A DNA stretch of 64,000 nt. It comes from Phyllosticta citribraziliensis (Eukaryota). Positions within the stretch are counted from its first letter, which is position 1. Every line of letters begins with the position of its first letter. This document shows, piece after piece, positions 23,509 through 35,121 of this stretch. The notes under the pieces were generated by a model. That model saw only the letters and a list, made by a program, of their open reading frames with translations, made no database searches and had not been told where the DNA came from. The stretch lies in assembly GCF_038025025.1 (NCBI RefSeq), contig NW_027117341.1:124001-188000 (forward strand). Reading direction: 5' to 3'. The translations under genes and the position numbers were made by a program.

Positions 23509-24806
23509 ATGTCAGCAAACAAGCGGATAGAGCAAGAGGAGGTCGAGCGCTACTGGGAAATCTTCTACACCCTCGCAAACGGCGGCACCCACCTCGATGG
23601 ACAACAGGCAGCCTCCGTACTAAAGAACAGCCGGCTCCGCGATGACCAGCTCGAGCGCATTTGGGATCTGGCCGACGTTGACAATGACGGACGGCTGGAC
23701 TTTGAAGAATTCTGCGTGGCCATGAGGCTCATCTACGACGTCGTCAATGGGGTACGTCTGACCGCGCCGTTGGGCACCGAGCATCGGCTTCCTTGGGATG
23801 TACAGGGGCGACAAGACTGATAGCATCACCATGACAGGAAACAGCCGATGTCCCCCAACACCTGCCAGACTGGCTCGTCCCCGAGTCCAAAGCCCACCTC
23901 GTCCAAGCAACCCGCGCAATAAGTGGCCGGCAACCCGAGTTTGAGCGCGTAGAAGACGATGACGACACCCCGGGCCTCAAGGATGGCTTCGACTGGTACA
24001 TGTCACCATCGGACAAGTCCAAGTACGAGGAGATATACTCGGCGAACAAAGACCACCGCGGCGACATTTCGTTTGAAGACCTAGCCCCTCTGTATGAGTC
24101 CCTGGACGTCCCGGATACCGACATTCGCAGCGCATGGAATCTGGTCAATGCGCGGGGGCACGAGGGAATTGGCAAAGATGCTTGCCTGGCATTCTTACAC
24201 ATCCTCAACATGCGACACGAAGGTTACCGTGTTCCGAGGAGCGTGCCGCCCAGTTTGCGGGCGAGCTTCGAAAAGGGCAACATCGAATACAACATTGACC
24301 GCGTTCAAAGTCCGGCGGAGAGATGGGGCGTGAACAGGCGCGACAACACAACGACAGGGCGCAAAGCCAAGTTTGGAGACGCGTACCTCAGCCGGCTGGG
24401 AATTGGCGACAAGGGCAAGTACATGCCCAAGGGCACGGATTTCAGCGGGACCAAGACGTCAGAGGACTGGGAAGAGGTGCGACTGAAGAAGCAATTGCGC
24501 GAACTGGACGACAAGCTGGCAAACGTGGAGCAAACGATGAAGGCCAAGGGCAAAGACAGGCGCGAAGACAGCAAGCCTGCGTTGGTCAAGCGGGAACTTG
24601 AGCAGCTCCTGGAATACAAGCGGAGACAGTTGCGCGATCTAGAGCTGGGTGAAGGCCAAGCAGCGGAAGGACAGAGTCTCAAGGGAATGCAAGAGGAGAT
24701 TCAGACGGTGAGAGAGCAGGTCGAGGGCTTGGAACAGCATCTTCGGACCAGAGAAGGCGTGCTGGAAGATTTGAAGAGGCAGATCGAAGAAGAGAAGCGC
24801 AGATAG
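23509..24806 (+). CDS. END3: Actin/endocytosis EH-domain protein End3
   Basis: Two EH domains ([37 protein letters not shown]), [16 protein letters not shown], coiled-coil tail. One intron. Confidence 0.95.
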
Positions 24807-25411
24807 ACGGCTTGGTATTGGTTACATTGTTTACAGGGCATTCGACGTGTTGATTTAGTAATTATAGCGATTCTTGACTGCCCGCGGTATTAGGGCCATC
24901 GAGTAGTCGATGTCCCTGGGGAATGATGCGGCTCGTGATCGCCAAGTCTGCTGATGTCATAGGAAGACCTTCCGGTTCCTGTCCAAAATTTAGCTGGACG
25001 GTGGGAGGCGTGACGAATGGAGAAAGGAGCCTCTTGGTAAACCAGCCATCTCGACAGAGTAGGATTTCTTGTTGTGAGTAGACGTGTTGCTTGGAGAAAG
25101 GGGTTGATCAAGACAGTGCCCTGCGTTTCGGTGCCCGCCACACTTCCGATACCCGCGCATCGCGTCTTCCCGCGGTCGTTGACGTCGACGCGTTTTGGCT
25201 TCAAATTAGCCATTGGCCACCCGTTCCGCACTCTTCCTGGTCTTACCCGTTCCACGTTTCGCCTGCCGCACACATTCCTTTCCAGTTCTTCCTCTGAAGA
25301 ACTTTTTGACCTCTCTCCTCGCCAGAACGCGCCGTCTCCGTGTCTGCGACGTCGAAACGCAGATTACGCCACCACCGCCGCTGAGCCGACGAAAGACCCA
25401 ATTTCAGCACG

Positions 25412-28183
25412 ATGCCATCCACGGCCCCGTCTACCTCGAGCGACGACAAGATGGCCGTTTCGAACGCCATGGTCAAGGAAGAGGAGCACATGCGTCAAGC
25501 ACGCGAGAAAGCCGAAGCCCAGCGCGAAGAAGAGCTGCGACAGGAACGGCAGAAGGACATTCAATCAGGATCGGAGGCTGTAGACACCAAATTCCGTGCG
25601 CTCGAGTACCTCTTGAGTCAGAGCAAGCTGTACAGTAGCATCATGCTGGCGCAGATGCAGCGACAGGAGCAGGAAGACGAGGCCAAGGACAAGCGGGCGA
25701 AGCAGCGCGAGGTAAAGGCTGAAAAGGCGGCCGAAGTCAGCCAGCGACGAGCCACACGCGCGGCGGCTGGCAAAGACGACGATGCCGATGAGCTGGCGCA
25801 AACGCCTCAGCAAAATAAGAAGTTGCCTGTCAGAGGTCGAGGCAGACCGAAAAAGGACGGGGGAAACAAGATTTCGAGCTACTTCAACAAGGCCGACATC
25901 GAGGCCAAAGCTGGGAGCAAAGATGTCAAGGATGCGCTCGAAGAGGCGGTTGAAGAAGATGTCAAGCCCAGCGAGGTTGGTGTGCAGAGTCTCAGTTCGG
26001 CCAGGCAGCCGAGTCTGGTTACTGGTGGCACGATGCGGTCCTACCAGCTCGAAGGCCTCGAGTGGTTGACGTCGCTGTACGAGAATGGTCTCAATGGAAT
26101 TCTCGCCGACGAAATGGGGTTGGGCAAAACGATCCAGACGATTGCTTTTCTCGCTTTTCTGCGGGAGAAGGGCGTCTACGGGCCATTCCTGATTGCCGCC
26201 CCTCTCAGCACAACGATGAACTGGGTTGAGGAGGTCAAAAAGTGGACGCCCAAGGTTCCAGTGCTGCTCTACCACGGCAGCAAGGCTGAGCGCGCCGAGC
26301 TTCGCAGGAAGAGGCTCAAGAAGCCTGGCAGCCCCGAATTTCCGATTGTCATCACGAGCTACGAGATTTGCATGAACGACCGCAAGTTCCTGGCCAACTT
26401 TGGCTGGAAATTCATCATTGTCGACGAGGGACACCGGATCAAGAACCTCGACTGCAAGCTCATCCGCGAGCTTCAATCTTACCAGTCGGCGAATCGACTC
26501 CTCATCACTGGCACGCCTTTGCAGAACAACCTTGCCGAATTGTGGTCGCTGTTGCACTTTCTCATGCCCACCATTTTTGACAAGCTGTCTTCGTTTGAGT
26601 CGTGGTTTGACTTTTCTGCTCTCAAGGACCGCGAGGGCTACGAGACCATCTTTACGGAAGAGCGTGAGCAGAAGCTCATTGCTAGCTTGCATGCCATCCT
26701 CAAACCGTTCTTGCTCCGGCGTGTCAAGACTGACGTTGAGAGACTGATGCCGAAGAAGCGAGAATACGTCCTGTATGCACCGCTCACTCCGCTTCAGCGG
26801 GAACTCTATCAGGCGATCTTGGATGGTACAAGTCGGACATACCTGGAAGAAAAGGCAGTCGAATCGATGAGCAGCAATGCGGGCACGCCGCGTTCATCCC
26901 GAAGCACGACCAGCCTCAAGCGCAAGGCTCTTGACAGTGGCTATGCGACTCCGAGTAAGAGCTCCAAGACCAGCCGCGATACCACTCCAGGCTCCGTTGC
27001 AGGCAGCACTGGCCGGCGTCGCCGAGGTGCGGCCAACAAAAGTTATGAGGAGGTCAGCGATACGAAATATTTCAAGCAGCTCGAAGCCGAGGCCGCCGAA
27101 GACTCGGATGCAACTCCAAACTCTCGGGAGACGCCTGATACCGAGGCCGAAGAAGAGGATCTACGGGCGGCGACGCTCCAGCTCGCCAAGAGGCAGATTG
27201 GTGCAAAGAAGCTGCAGAATCCGGTCATGCAACTGCGTCTTTGCTGCGACTCGCCCTACAACTTCTTCTACCCCTTCATCGACCCTTCGACCGGTGACAC
27301 CAAACCTCCCGATGAGACATTGATCTCGACTTCTGGGAAGATGCTCCTCCTCGACACGCTGCTCCCGCGGCTTTTTGACGAGGGCCACAAGGTGCTAGTT
27401 TTCAGCCAGTTCAAGACCATGCTCGACCTGCTCGAAAGCTACGCTGAAGAGCTACGTGGCTGGCGCACCTGTCGCATCGACGGCAGCGTCAAGCAAGAAG
27501 ACCGGCAAAGGCTGATCAAAGCCTTCAACAAGCCCACTTCTGCTGAACCCGCTGAAACCAAGCCAACCAAACGCACCAGTCGCCGCCGAGCGCCCTCCTC
27601 ATCCCCCGATCCCCTTGCTCCATCCTCCGACGTTGACGAAGAAGACGATCCTCGCCCAGCCAACCTCTTCCTCCTCAGCACGCGTGCCGGTGGCCAAGGC
27701 ATCAACCTGGCGGCCGCCGACACGGTCATTCTGTTTGACAGCGACTGGAACCCGCAGCAGGACCTGCAGGCCCAAGACCGCGCACACCGCATTGGACAGA
27801 CGCGCAACGTGCTTGTGTACCGCTTTGCAACGCGCAACACGGTGGAGACGCAGCTGCTGCACTCGGCCGAGGGAAAGCGTCGCCTTGAAAAGCTCGTCAT
27901 TCGCAAGGGCGGCTTGAGTCGCAACGCCCCAAGAGAGGAACGCGAGGAGGTGGAGGAGTTGAGGCGTCTGTTGCGCAAGGAGGATGGCGTGAGGTGGGAT
28001 GTTGAGGGCAAGGAGGCTGGGAGAGGTCTGCTTGGTGAGGAGGAGTTGAAGATTCTCACTGACCGCAGTGATGAGGCGTATGAGCGGGCGGAGAAGGGTG
28101 TCGATGTGGGCGGTGAGGGTAAGGTGTTTATGGCTGTGGAGGCCAAAGGAGACGGGGCACTGTTGGAGGGCTTGAAGGCGTAA
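25412..28183 (+). CDS. SNF2-family chromatin remodeller, LSH/HELLS/DDM1 (Irc5-like) subfamily
   Basis: LYENGLNGILADEMGLGKT, DEGH, LITGTPLQNNL, LLSTRAGGQGINL, DSDWNPQQDLQAQDRAHRIGQ. Confidence 0.93.
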   Translation: MPSTAPSTSSDDKMAVSNAMVKEEEHMRQAREKAEAQREEELRQERQKDIQSGSEAVDTKFRALEYLLSQSKLYSSIMLAQMQRQEQEDEAKDKRAKQREVKAEKAAEVSQRRATRAAAGKDDDADELAQTPQQNKKLPVRGRGRPKKDGGNKISSYFNKADIEAKAGSKDVKDALEEAVEEDVKPSEVGVQSLSSARQPSLVTGGTMRSYQLEGLEWLTSLYENGLNGILADEMGLGKTIQTIAFLAFLREKGVYGPFLIAAPLSTTMNWVEEVKKWTPKVPVLLYHGSKAERAELRRKRLKKPGSPEFPIVITSYEICMNDRKFLANFGWKFIIVDEGHRIKNLDCKLIRELQSYQSANRLLITGTPLQNNLAELWSLLHFLMPTIFDKLSSFESWFDFSALKDREGYETIFTEEREQKLIASLHAILKPFLLRRVKTDVERLMPKKREYVLYAPLTPLQRELYQAILDGTSRTYLEEKAVESMSSNAGTPRSSRSTTSLKRKALDSGYATPSKSSKTSRDTTPGSVAGSTGRRRRGAANKSYEEVSDTKYFKQLEAEAAEDSDATPNSRETPDTEAEEEDLRAATLQLAKRQIGAKKLQNPVMQLRLCCDSPYNFFYPFIDPSTGDTKPPDETLISTSGKMLLLDTLLPRLFDEGHKVLVFSQFKTMLDLLESYAEELRGWRTCRIDGSVKQEDRQRLIKAFNKPTSAEPAETKPTKRTSRRRAPSSSPDPLAPSSDVDEEDDPRPANLFLLSTRAGGQGINLAAADTVILFDSDWNPQQDLQAQDRAHRIGQTRNVLVYRFATRNTVETQLLHSAEGKRRLEKLVIRKGGLSRNAPREEREEVEELRRLLRKEDGVRWDVEGKEAGRGLLGEEELKILTDRSDEAYERAEKGVDVGGEGKVFMAVEAKGDGALLEGLKA

Positions 28184-29334
28184 AGGTATTGTCGGTGTAT
28201 GCTTTTCCTTGACTCTTTTGTCTCTCCCCTTTGTTCTGATTTTTTGACTTTTCTGCTTTCAAGACTTGTTGGCATTTGATGCTAGAATAGCCGCACGCGC
28301 GATTCCGAATTTCTCAAGGGCAAGCGACATTGGCTTAGAAGGTAACACTGCGGATTGGCTGAGCTGTGTTGTGGTCGGATCTTTTGACGTCGTGGTTGAG
28401 CATTCGGGTCTCTAAGCGAGCAGGGGTAACTCCTCGTATGATCTGCGCTTCACATTGATCTCTTACAACCCCTTCCACTCCAAACAGACCCACATGGTTG
28501 CTTCAGTCTTTGTGTGGACTTTTCTTTTCTCCTTGTTTCTTCTGCAATTGTTTGTGTTTTTGGGAGTAAAACGCATGGCTTTAGAAACAACGCTCTCTCG
28601 CTCCGCTAGTCTGCAGCATCACAGAAATTCAAGAGCTTGGAATCATGGCGACAACAAAACAACTGCCAAGGCCTTTCCAACGCCTTCGCACCCTTTTCAT
28701 CTCTCTTCCTCAGATGCAACGCCTTTGAAACATTTCCACGCTTCGCTACGAACAGACTTCGCCATACGCCCTCCTAACCGCCAGCGCGGACCTCTCCGTC
28801 CCAATCCCACCAATCACGGGCGCCCTGCATATTCTATCATGTTTCAAACATACTCGACAATGTCTACATCTCCGCTCAAGCTTTGCGCCAAGAGCCGCTA
28901 AAATGCTTGTTTCTGCGCTTAACACGTGTGCAAGGTACCCGAGCTCCACTCCCTACGCCTGCTGGAGCTGGCTCGGTTGACGCGATTGGGCCCTCCTCGA
29001 CGTCACTGCGCTTCGCTCCGAGTTCTGCGTCTTCGCTTGGTCCGGCGGCAAGCGAGCATCGTTGCCGTCTATCCGTCCCGTGCCCTCTACAGGGCTGGCG
29101 GCGGCAGAAGCGCGATTCCAGGACGCCGACAATCATGCAGTGGGCTCAAGCGCCGAAGCTGGATGGGGATCTGGAGGTGGTATAAATGGAGAGCGATTCC
29201 CACACCCAGTTTGAGCTCGCCAGTGCTGGTCACGAGTCTCTCATTCGCTTTGCTTCTACCCTTTTCTCCGCTCGCCGTCTTCCAATCCGATCTTTGGCAG
29301 TTTCGTCTTTGAGCCGCTCTCTTGCACACTCACC

Positions 29335-30170
29335 ATGAAGTTTGCTACTACGCTCGCCCTGCTGGGCGCCGCCGGATTGAGCAGTGCTCACTGTACTTAT
29401 TCCTGTTCACTCAAACCACATCAACACGCCCCTAACACGACGCAGACACATTCCCCTCGCTCGTCGCCAACGGCAACACGACCGAAGAATGGCAATACGT
29501 GCGCATGACGGCGAACCACTACAGCCACGGGCCCGTCACGGACGTGACGTCGCAGGACATCCGCTGCTGGACGGACAGCAGCGTCGACCACACGGCCGAA
29601 ACGTACAGCGTGGCCGCCGGCTCCAAGGTCGGCTTCACCGTCGACCCGGACATCAGCCACCCCGGCCCGCTGCAGTTCTACATGGCCAAGGTGCCCGAGG
29701 GCAAGACGGCCGTCGGCTGGGATGGCAGCGGGCAGGTGTGGTTTAAGATTTTCGGCCAGGGTCCGACGATTAACTCGACGGGGCTTTCGTGGCCGAGCTC
29801 TGGTGAGTCGCTACGCCCTTTTTCTCTTCCTCTCTTCCCTTCTTCTCGAAGTAAACAACCGCATCCCAAACTGACGCCTCGCCCAGGCAAAAAACAAGTC
29901 GACGTGACCCTCCCCGCCTCGCTGCCCAACGGCCAATACCTGCTGCGCGCCGAGCACATTGCGCTGCACGGCGCGGGCAGCGAGGGCGGTGCGCAGTTCT
30001 ACATTGCCTGCGCCCAGCTGCAGGTGACGGGCGGCGGCAACGGCGAGCCCTCGCCCAAGGTCGCCCTCCCCGGCGCCTACAAGGCTACGGACCCGGGCAT
30101 TTTGATCAACATTTACTACCCCGTGCCTACCAACTACACCCTCCCTGGGCCGGCTGTGTGGAGTGGTTGA
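29335..30170 (+). CDS. AA9 lytic polysaccharide monooxygenase
   Basis: Signal peptide then mature N-terminal His (HYTFP), HPGPLQFYMAK, WFKI, GQYLLRAEHIALH, AQFYIACAQ. Two introns. Confidence 0.95.
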
Positions 30171-31515
30171 TTTGGTGGTGCGTGAGAGGGATGGGGATGT
30201 CTTGGGGGAGTGGAAATGGAAGAGGAAGACGGCTGTGAGTTGGTCGGAGAGGAGGAAGAGTGTGAGTGCAAGTTTCTTGTAGATTTATACAACGCAGTTC
30301 TTCCGATGTACCTTTCAGCTTCCTTCGCTTTGGCCCGAAGTTTGAGCATCATCATTAATCTCCTGGATTTAAGCTGTTCTATCGTGGGCATTGGGATTAA
30401 TGATTTCTTCCCCATCATTGTCGTCCCCGACGGATTTTGCTGTTCACTGGTCCGTTGTGGATTCTTTTCATTCGACTCGGGATCTCGCGATTGATGTACA
30501 CCTGCCTTGTTCCTTGCGACGATGGGCTTTTTCCTTGCAATGTGGGGGTGCTTGAGCATTGTTTGCCGACAAAGCAAGAGGTGTTCCATTAAAAAAAGAG
30601 ACATAAACGTAAGCAAGTCTGGTCGTCCAAAAAGCTCTGCCTCGTATGGAAGACGTTGGAGGACCAAGCAAGACAGGGCGCAGGCGGTGTACTTGTCGTG
30701 GTCGAAGTCTAGCGCGCAGTGTTGGCCGTCGATCTTGTGAGAGTCTTTGTTTCGCCGGCCTGTGTTTCGATCAGTGAGGAGCAGGAGCTGAAGGGAGTGG
30801 AAGCTTCACTGCGGTCTACGTGGTGTGAGTTGGGGGCAATCAGCAAACAGTTCCATGCATCGAGAACAGGCGGTTTTGGCGTTTGCTGAGCAGGGAGCAT
30901 CATGGAGAGATTTTTCAGTCGCAGTCCTTGAGATCAGTCTCCAGCTCGTGGGCAGCCTGCTCAAGCACCCAATCCTCTTGCGTGCTGGAACTTCTTGAGG
31001 TTGCTGCAGAGCAGTGGACTACGTCGTCGACACGCTCTGTGTTTCTTTCTGTTCCCACCGATCAGACCGCGCCTGCTCCGCCATCTCTCGCTCCTGCGCA
31101 ACGCAACTGTTCATCCACCTCAACGCCTCTCCTCTGCTTCTCTTCGGCCTCCAACATCTACGCCGACTCTTTTAACGTAACATCATTTACGCCAACGCTG
31201 TCGCTGTCAAAGCCAGCCCTCACGAAGCCAGCCTCCAGCCAAAGCCAATCCTCAAGCCAGTGACGTCAAAGCCAATGCCAGAGCCAGAATAGCCAAATCC
31301 AGAAAACCGGCTTTTGGACCTATTTTCCGGGCGAATTCATCCATTATACTGCGGTGATCATCTCCTTTACCACAGGGTCCGTCCTTGGCGACTGATGCAT
31401 GTGCCCACAGATTTGTCGGGCCTCCCTAGAAGCGGCTGCACCCCGCGCTCTCTCCAGCAGTATCGTCACCCCCAGCCGGAATCACCAAGCCTCCTGAACT
31501 CCGCCCATACATAGC

Positions 31516-32196
31516 TACGCGCTCTCGCCGACCTCAACGTCATCTTTCGACAGAGGCTTCGCCCTCCGGTCTTCTTCCTCGAAACAACGCGCATTGGTTA
31601 TTGAACCTTCCAAGGCCATAATGCCTCCCGGAATGATATTGCCTCCCGGAATAATGACCGCGCAAGATCGGTTCAACATCAACAAGGCCAAGATGACAAT
31701 CACTGCGCTTGATCCAGACCTGGTTGGACTCCTTGTTGAGTGTCATGCTCTGCAAGACGAAAACATTACCAACTACACTTGGCTTGAAGATTTCGTTCGG
31801 ACCTACGTTCAATTGCACTCCCGCAAGGAACTTGATGTTTTAAGATACGAACCGAGTAGCCATACCTTGGAGATCATAATCCTCGCGCTTCCAGTCGAGA
31901 CTTACCTGATGTTGATCGACGCCAACTTGCTGACCAATAAGTTCCGTCCGGAGATGCATCAAAACGTCGCCGACGTAATGACAGCCCGCGTGGACAAGAC
32001 CGACCGGAAGAATATCCCCAAACGCCTCAAGGAGAACTGCCATCACGCCTTTCTGGAGGAATTCATCACGGCCCAGCCGACGGACTGGAGACTTGTCCGC
32101 GAGCGTTTCGCCGCCGTTTGGAACCCTCCTCCCCCTGAGTCCTGGAACCCTCCGCACACTGAGTCCTCAAAAGCTTCCACCCCAAAATCAATTTAG
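31516..32196 (+). CDS. Hypothetical protein, 'LDPD..G.L.EC.A' family member 1 (start uncertain)
   Basis: Open frame. Aligns by eye with 34372..35121 over ~120 aa. Confidence 0.6.
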   Translation, partial: YALSPTSTSSFDRGFALRSSSSKQRALVIEPSKAIMPPGMILPPGIMTAQDRFNINKAKMTITALDPDLVGLLVECHALQDENITNYTWLEDFVRTYVQLHSRKELDVLRYEPSSHTLEIIILALPVETYLMLIDANLLTNKFRPEMHQNVADVMTARVDKTDRKNIPKRLKENCHHAFLEEFITAQPTDWRLVRERFAAVWNPPPPESWNPPHTESSKASTPKSI

Positions 32197-33149
32197 CTTC
32201 ACGCACACCCGCTCGGCCGCCGTCAGCTCCTCCGTCATCTTGCTCGGTGGCGACTCGCTAGTTGAAAAACGTCCAGATTCACCAAAAACATACAATACCC
32301 TTCGTCTCTCTGTCTTCAACACTTTCTGCATCCCCAGTCTGGAGGCCCCCACATCGCTCGCTACGACACAACATCGGCTTGGCTCGCTACACTTCTTTTT
32401 GGTTATTCCTCTTTCGAGTGCACGATTCTCAATGCTTTGTCTTTTCAACGGTCCAGGCTTTTCATCTTTCCTTTCAATCCATCCTCACAGCCACTCTCTG
32501 CTGAGTCAAATTCCCAGAGCATGAGCAGAACTCTTCGGCGTTCTACACATCGAAGGCGGTAGAATGGACGGCAAGGCGGACGCAAAAACGCCCCAACTCA
32601 CCACAAGCTTAGCTGATTAATCAAAAGCCTTCCAGTACTAGTATGCGTTCAATCAATGCACAATCAATGTCCATATGCAGTAATCTTCGGCCGAAAAGCT
32701 GCTCGTACTCTTCGCAATCCGCTTTCGCAATGTTTTTGCTGCTTTTCTGGTGTTTTGACAAACTCTTCAATGTTGTCGCTTTCCATCCATTGCCGTTTGT
32801 CGGAGTAGCGCGGTAGACCATTCATCGGCTATATATACGCCCCCGGCCTGCGTCCTTTGAAATTGCTGGGGAATCAGTGTCGTGTATAGGGGATCTCTAT
32901 ACTTTGTGAAACTTTTGCAAGACGCGGTGCGAGGCTTCCAGTCCGCTGCTTTGGCTTCCTCAAGTCACTCTACCCAGTTTATATATTTGCACCTTCTTCG
33001 ACCTGAATATCAGGCTCTGGCAACATCAGCCACATATACAATCGCCTCTCCGTACCTTGAGGTCCGATTATCTAGGACCTTTTGTGAGTGTTCCTGAAGG
33101 GCGGGTTTCGGAATCGCTTGTGATGAGATGACTGACGCAATTCAGGGGC

Positions 33150-33636
33150 TGCGTCAAGTACTCCTTGTACATTCTCGACGCCGACCTCAGGGGTTTTCTT
33201 GCAGAGTCGGGTGCATTGAATCTGGAAGTCGCAACTAATGTGTGGTTCGAGGGATACATTCACAACTTCAAAGCCACTCGGCATGGGAGACTATCGATCT
33301 CGACGAGTGTAACTCCGATGCCCAGCACCAGTTCCCGGAGCGCTCCATGGACCACGAGAGTTCGAGGGCCCTCGTGCACCTCCTGGACCCGGAAATGGTG
33401 GCCTTCGATGCTCTGCTTTCCACGTCGATGCCACTTCGCCCAAGATGTCGCCTCCTCCGTTCAACCTCGATGCCCTTGCGGCGTGGTTCGAAGACAACAA
33501 GGACATCCTTCTCGCGCTCAAGGAGCGCACGACCCAAGCCGAGTCCCCAGAGGAAAACTTCTCTCTACACGGCAGCGGTTGGAACACCGACAAGATGCAT
33601 TTTGAGGAAACTGGACGCCGGACATGTGTGACTTGA
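33150..33636 (+). pseudogene. Frameshifted/rearranged member of the same family
   Basis: ILDADLRGFLAESGAL..W in one frame, LLDPEMV in a second, MSPPPFNLDALAAWFEDNKD in a third. Confidence 0.6.
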
Positions 33637-33672
33637 CGCCGTGCCGTGCTTTGGGCCTTCATTTATCTTCTC

Positions 33673-33905
33673 AAGCAGTCAAGTGTCAACTTGCCGCGCT
33701 TGGAGCATTCGTCTGTTCGTCCAAGCGGTCAACTGTAAACGTGACGCGCTGGGAGCACTCATCCACTCCAGCCGTCAACCATTGACGTCGTGCTCTAGAA
33801 GCACCCATCCGCCTACACCAGCAGTCAACTGTCAACGTGCCGCGCTGGGAGCATTCGTCCGCCTGCTCTGTTAACATCAGAAGATGGGAACATTCATGCG
33901 CCTGC
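33673..33905 (-). repeat. 4-5 x ~49-bp degenerate tandem repeat with GAATGCTCC core on the minus strand
   Basis: Plus-strand units AGCRGTCAACTGTCAACGTGCCGCGCTGGGAGCATTCGTCC at ~33673, 33723, 33770, 33820, plus a partial fifth. Confidence 0.85.
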
Positions 33906-34371
33906 TTACATCTGATGTCGACATCCAGTTCGCTTAAGTACCGCCTGCGCCTGTACCATGCCTAATTCGGATGTGTGCCTTCTTCACAACCACCGCCCAC
34001 TACCGCCGTGCACCGCCGTGCGCTGCTGGAACTACCGCATATAAAAGCGTCTATTCTGCTGCTGCTCCTCCATCTCTCTTCCTCGCCACTCTTCTCTCTC
34101 CACATTCCACCGTTCCAATCCCTTGGCCTTCCAACTTCCCTTTGCTCTTTGCCCCATCGCCCTCTATCAGATCATCACCGCCATCTGCATATCTCAGGTC
34201 GACTTCCAAGGTCAGATCATCCGAAGCGTTCCAGTAAGTTTCGCACCTACCTCACGAAGACCATGCCAGATCATGTCGTCGGAAAAGCTTGGATGCTTCA
34301 ACATTGTGACAAAATCACCAACCGAAGCAGCAGAATTTCGATACTCTTCACCAACCCAATTACCGGTCAAC

Positions 34372-35121
34372 ATGTCCATGCAGCCTCCCCCCTTCAACGT
34401 CGACGCCCTTGTCGCCTGGTTTGAAGAAAACAAGGACGCCCTTCTCGCGCTCAAGGAGCGCACGACTAAAGCGGAGTCACTCGAGGAAGACCTTTGCCTG
34501 CACGTCTGGGACGAAACCGCCGCTCAAACTCACGTTTGCGATACCACCATCTCCGACTTGGGCTCAGAGACCCCCCGCTCGGTTTCCCGTTCGGCTTCCC
34601 CCGCGTGCACCTGGAACCCAGACGTTGGCGTCGATGACGTTGCCTCCGAGGCCTCCACTGAGCCAGTGGTTAAGGTTGACCGCATTCGCTTTGGAATTTC
34701 TCAGCTCGACCCGGACATGCTCGGCTACCTGGCTGAGTGCGGTGCAATCGCTATGGAAATTGCCCACCAGCGCTGGTTCTCTTTCTACGTTGACGCCACT
34801 GCGTCCAAGCCTCTGAACATGGCCTGGCCCTCCAGCTCCAAGGTCGACACAGAGTGCGCTCTCTTGTGCATCTCGGCCCAGGCCTACGTTACGCTGGCCG
34901 AGCTCCAGGTCCTTCATCCAGATTATATGCCCGAAAACAACAAGCTTCTGGCCGCAGTCATGCATGCGCGCCTGGAAGGGAGCAATTACGGAATTCCGTC
35001 CTGCTTGAGCGGCCTTTCGGACCCTGAGTTCGACAAGAACACTTTCTTCGACTTTCACGAGCACGACTTCTCTTCGCTTCGTCAACGTGAAGTCGTTCGC
35101 GCCCAGGCTGGCTACTGGTAA
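34372..35121 (+). CDS. Hypothetical protein, 'LDPD..G.L.EC.A' family member 3
   Basis: MSMQPPPFNVDALVAWFEENKD...LDPDMLGYLAECGAI. TATA-like catataaaa at ~34038. Confidence 0.7.
   Translation: MSMQPPPFNVDALVAWFEENKDALLALKERTTKAESLEEDLCLHVWDETAAQTHVCDTTISDLGSETPRSVSRSASPACTWNPDVGVDDVASEASTEPVVKVDRIRFGISQLDPDMLGYLAECGAIAMEIAHQRWFSFYVDATASKPLNMAWPSSSKVDTECALLCISAQAYVTLAELQVLHPDYMPENNKLLAAVMHARLEGSNYGIPSCLSGLSDPEFDKNTFFDFHEHDFSSLRQREVVRAQAGYW

Noticed and set aside
33673..33905. CRISPR-like array
   Set aside because: Whole units are degenerate repeats without unique spacers; eukaryotic context; no cas genes
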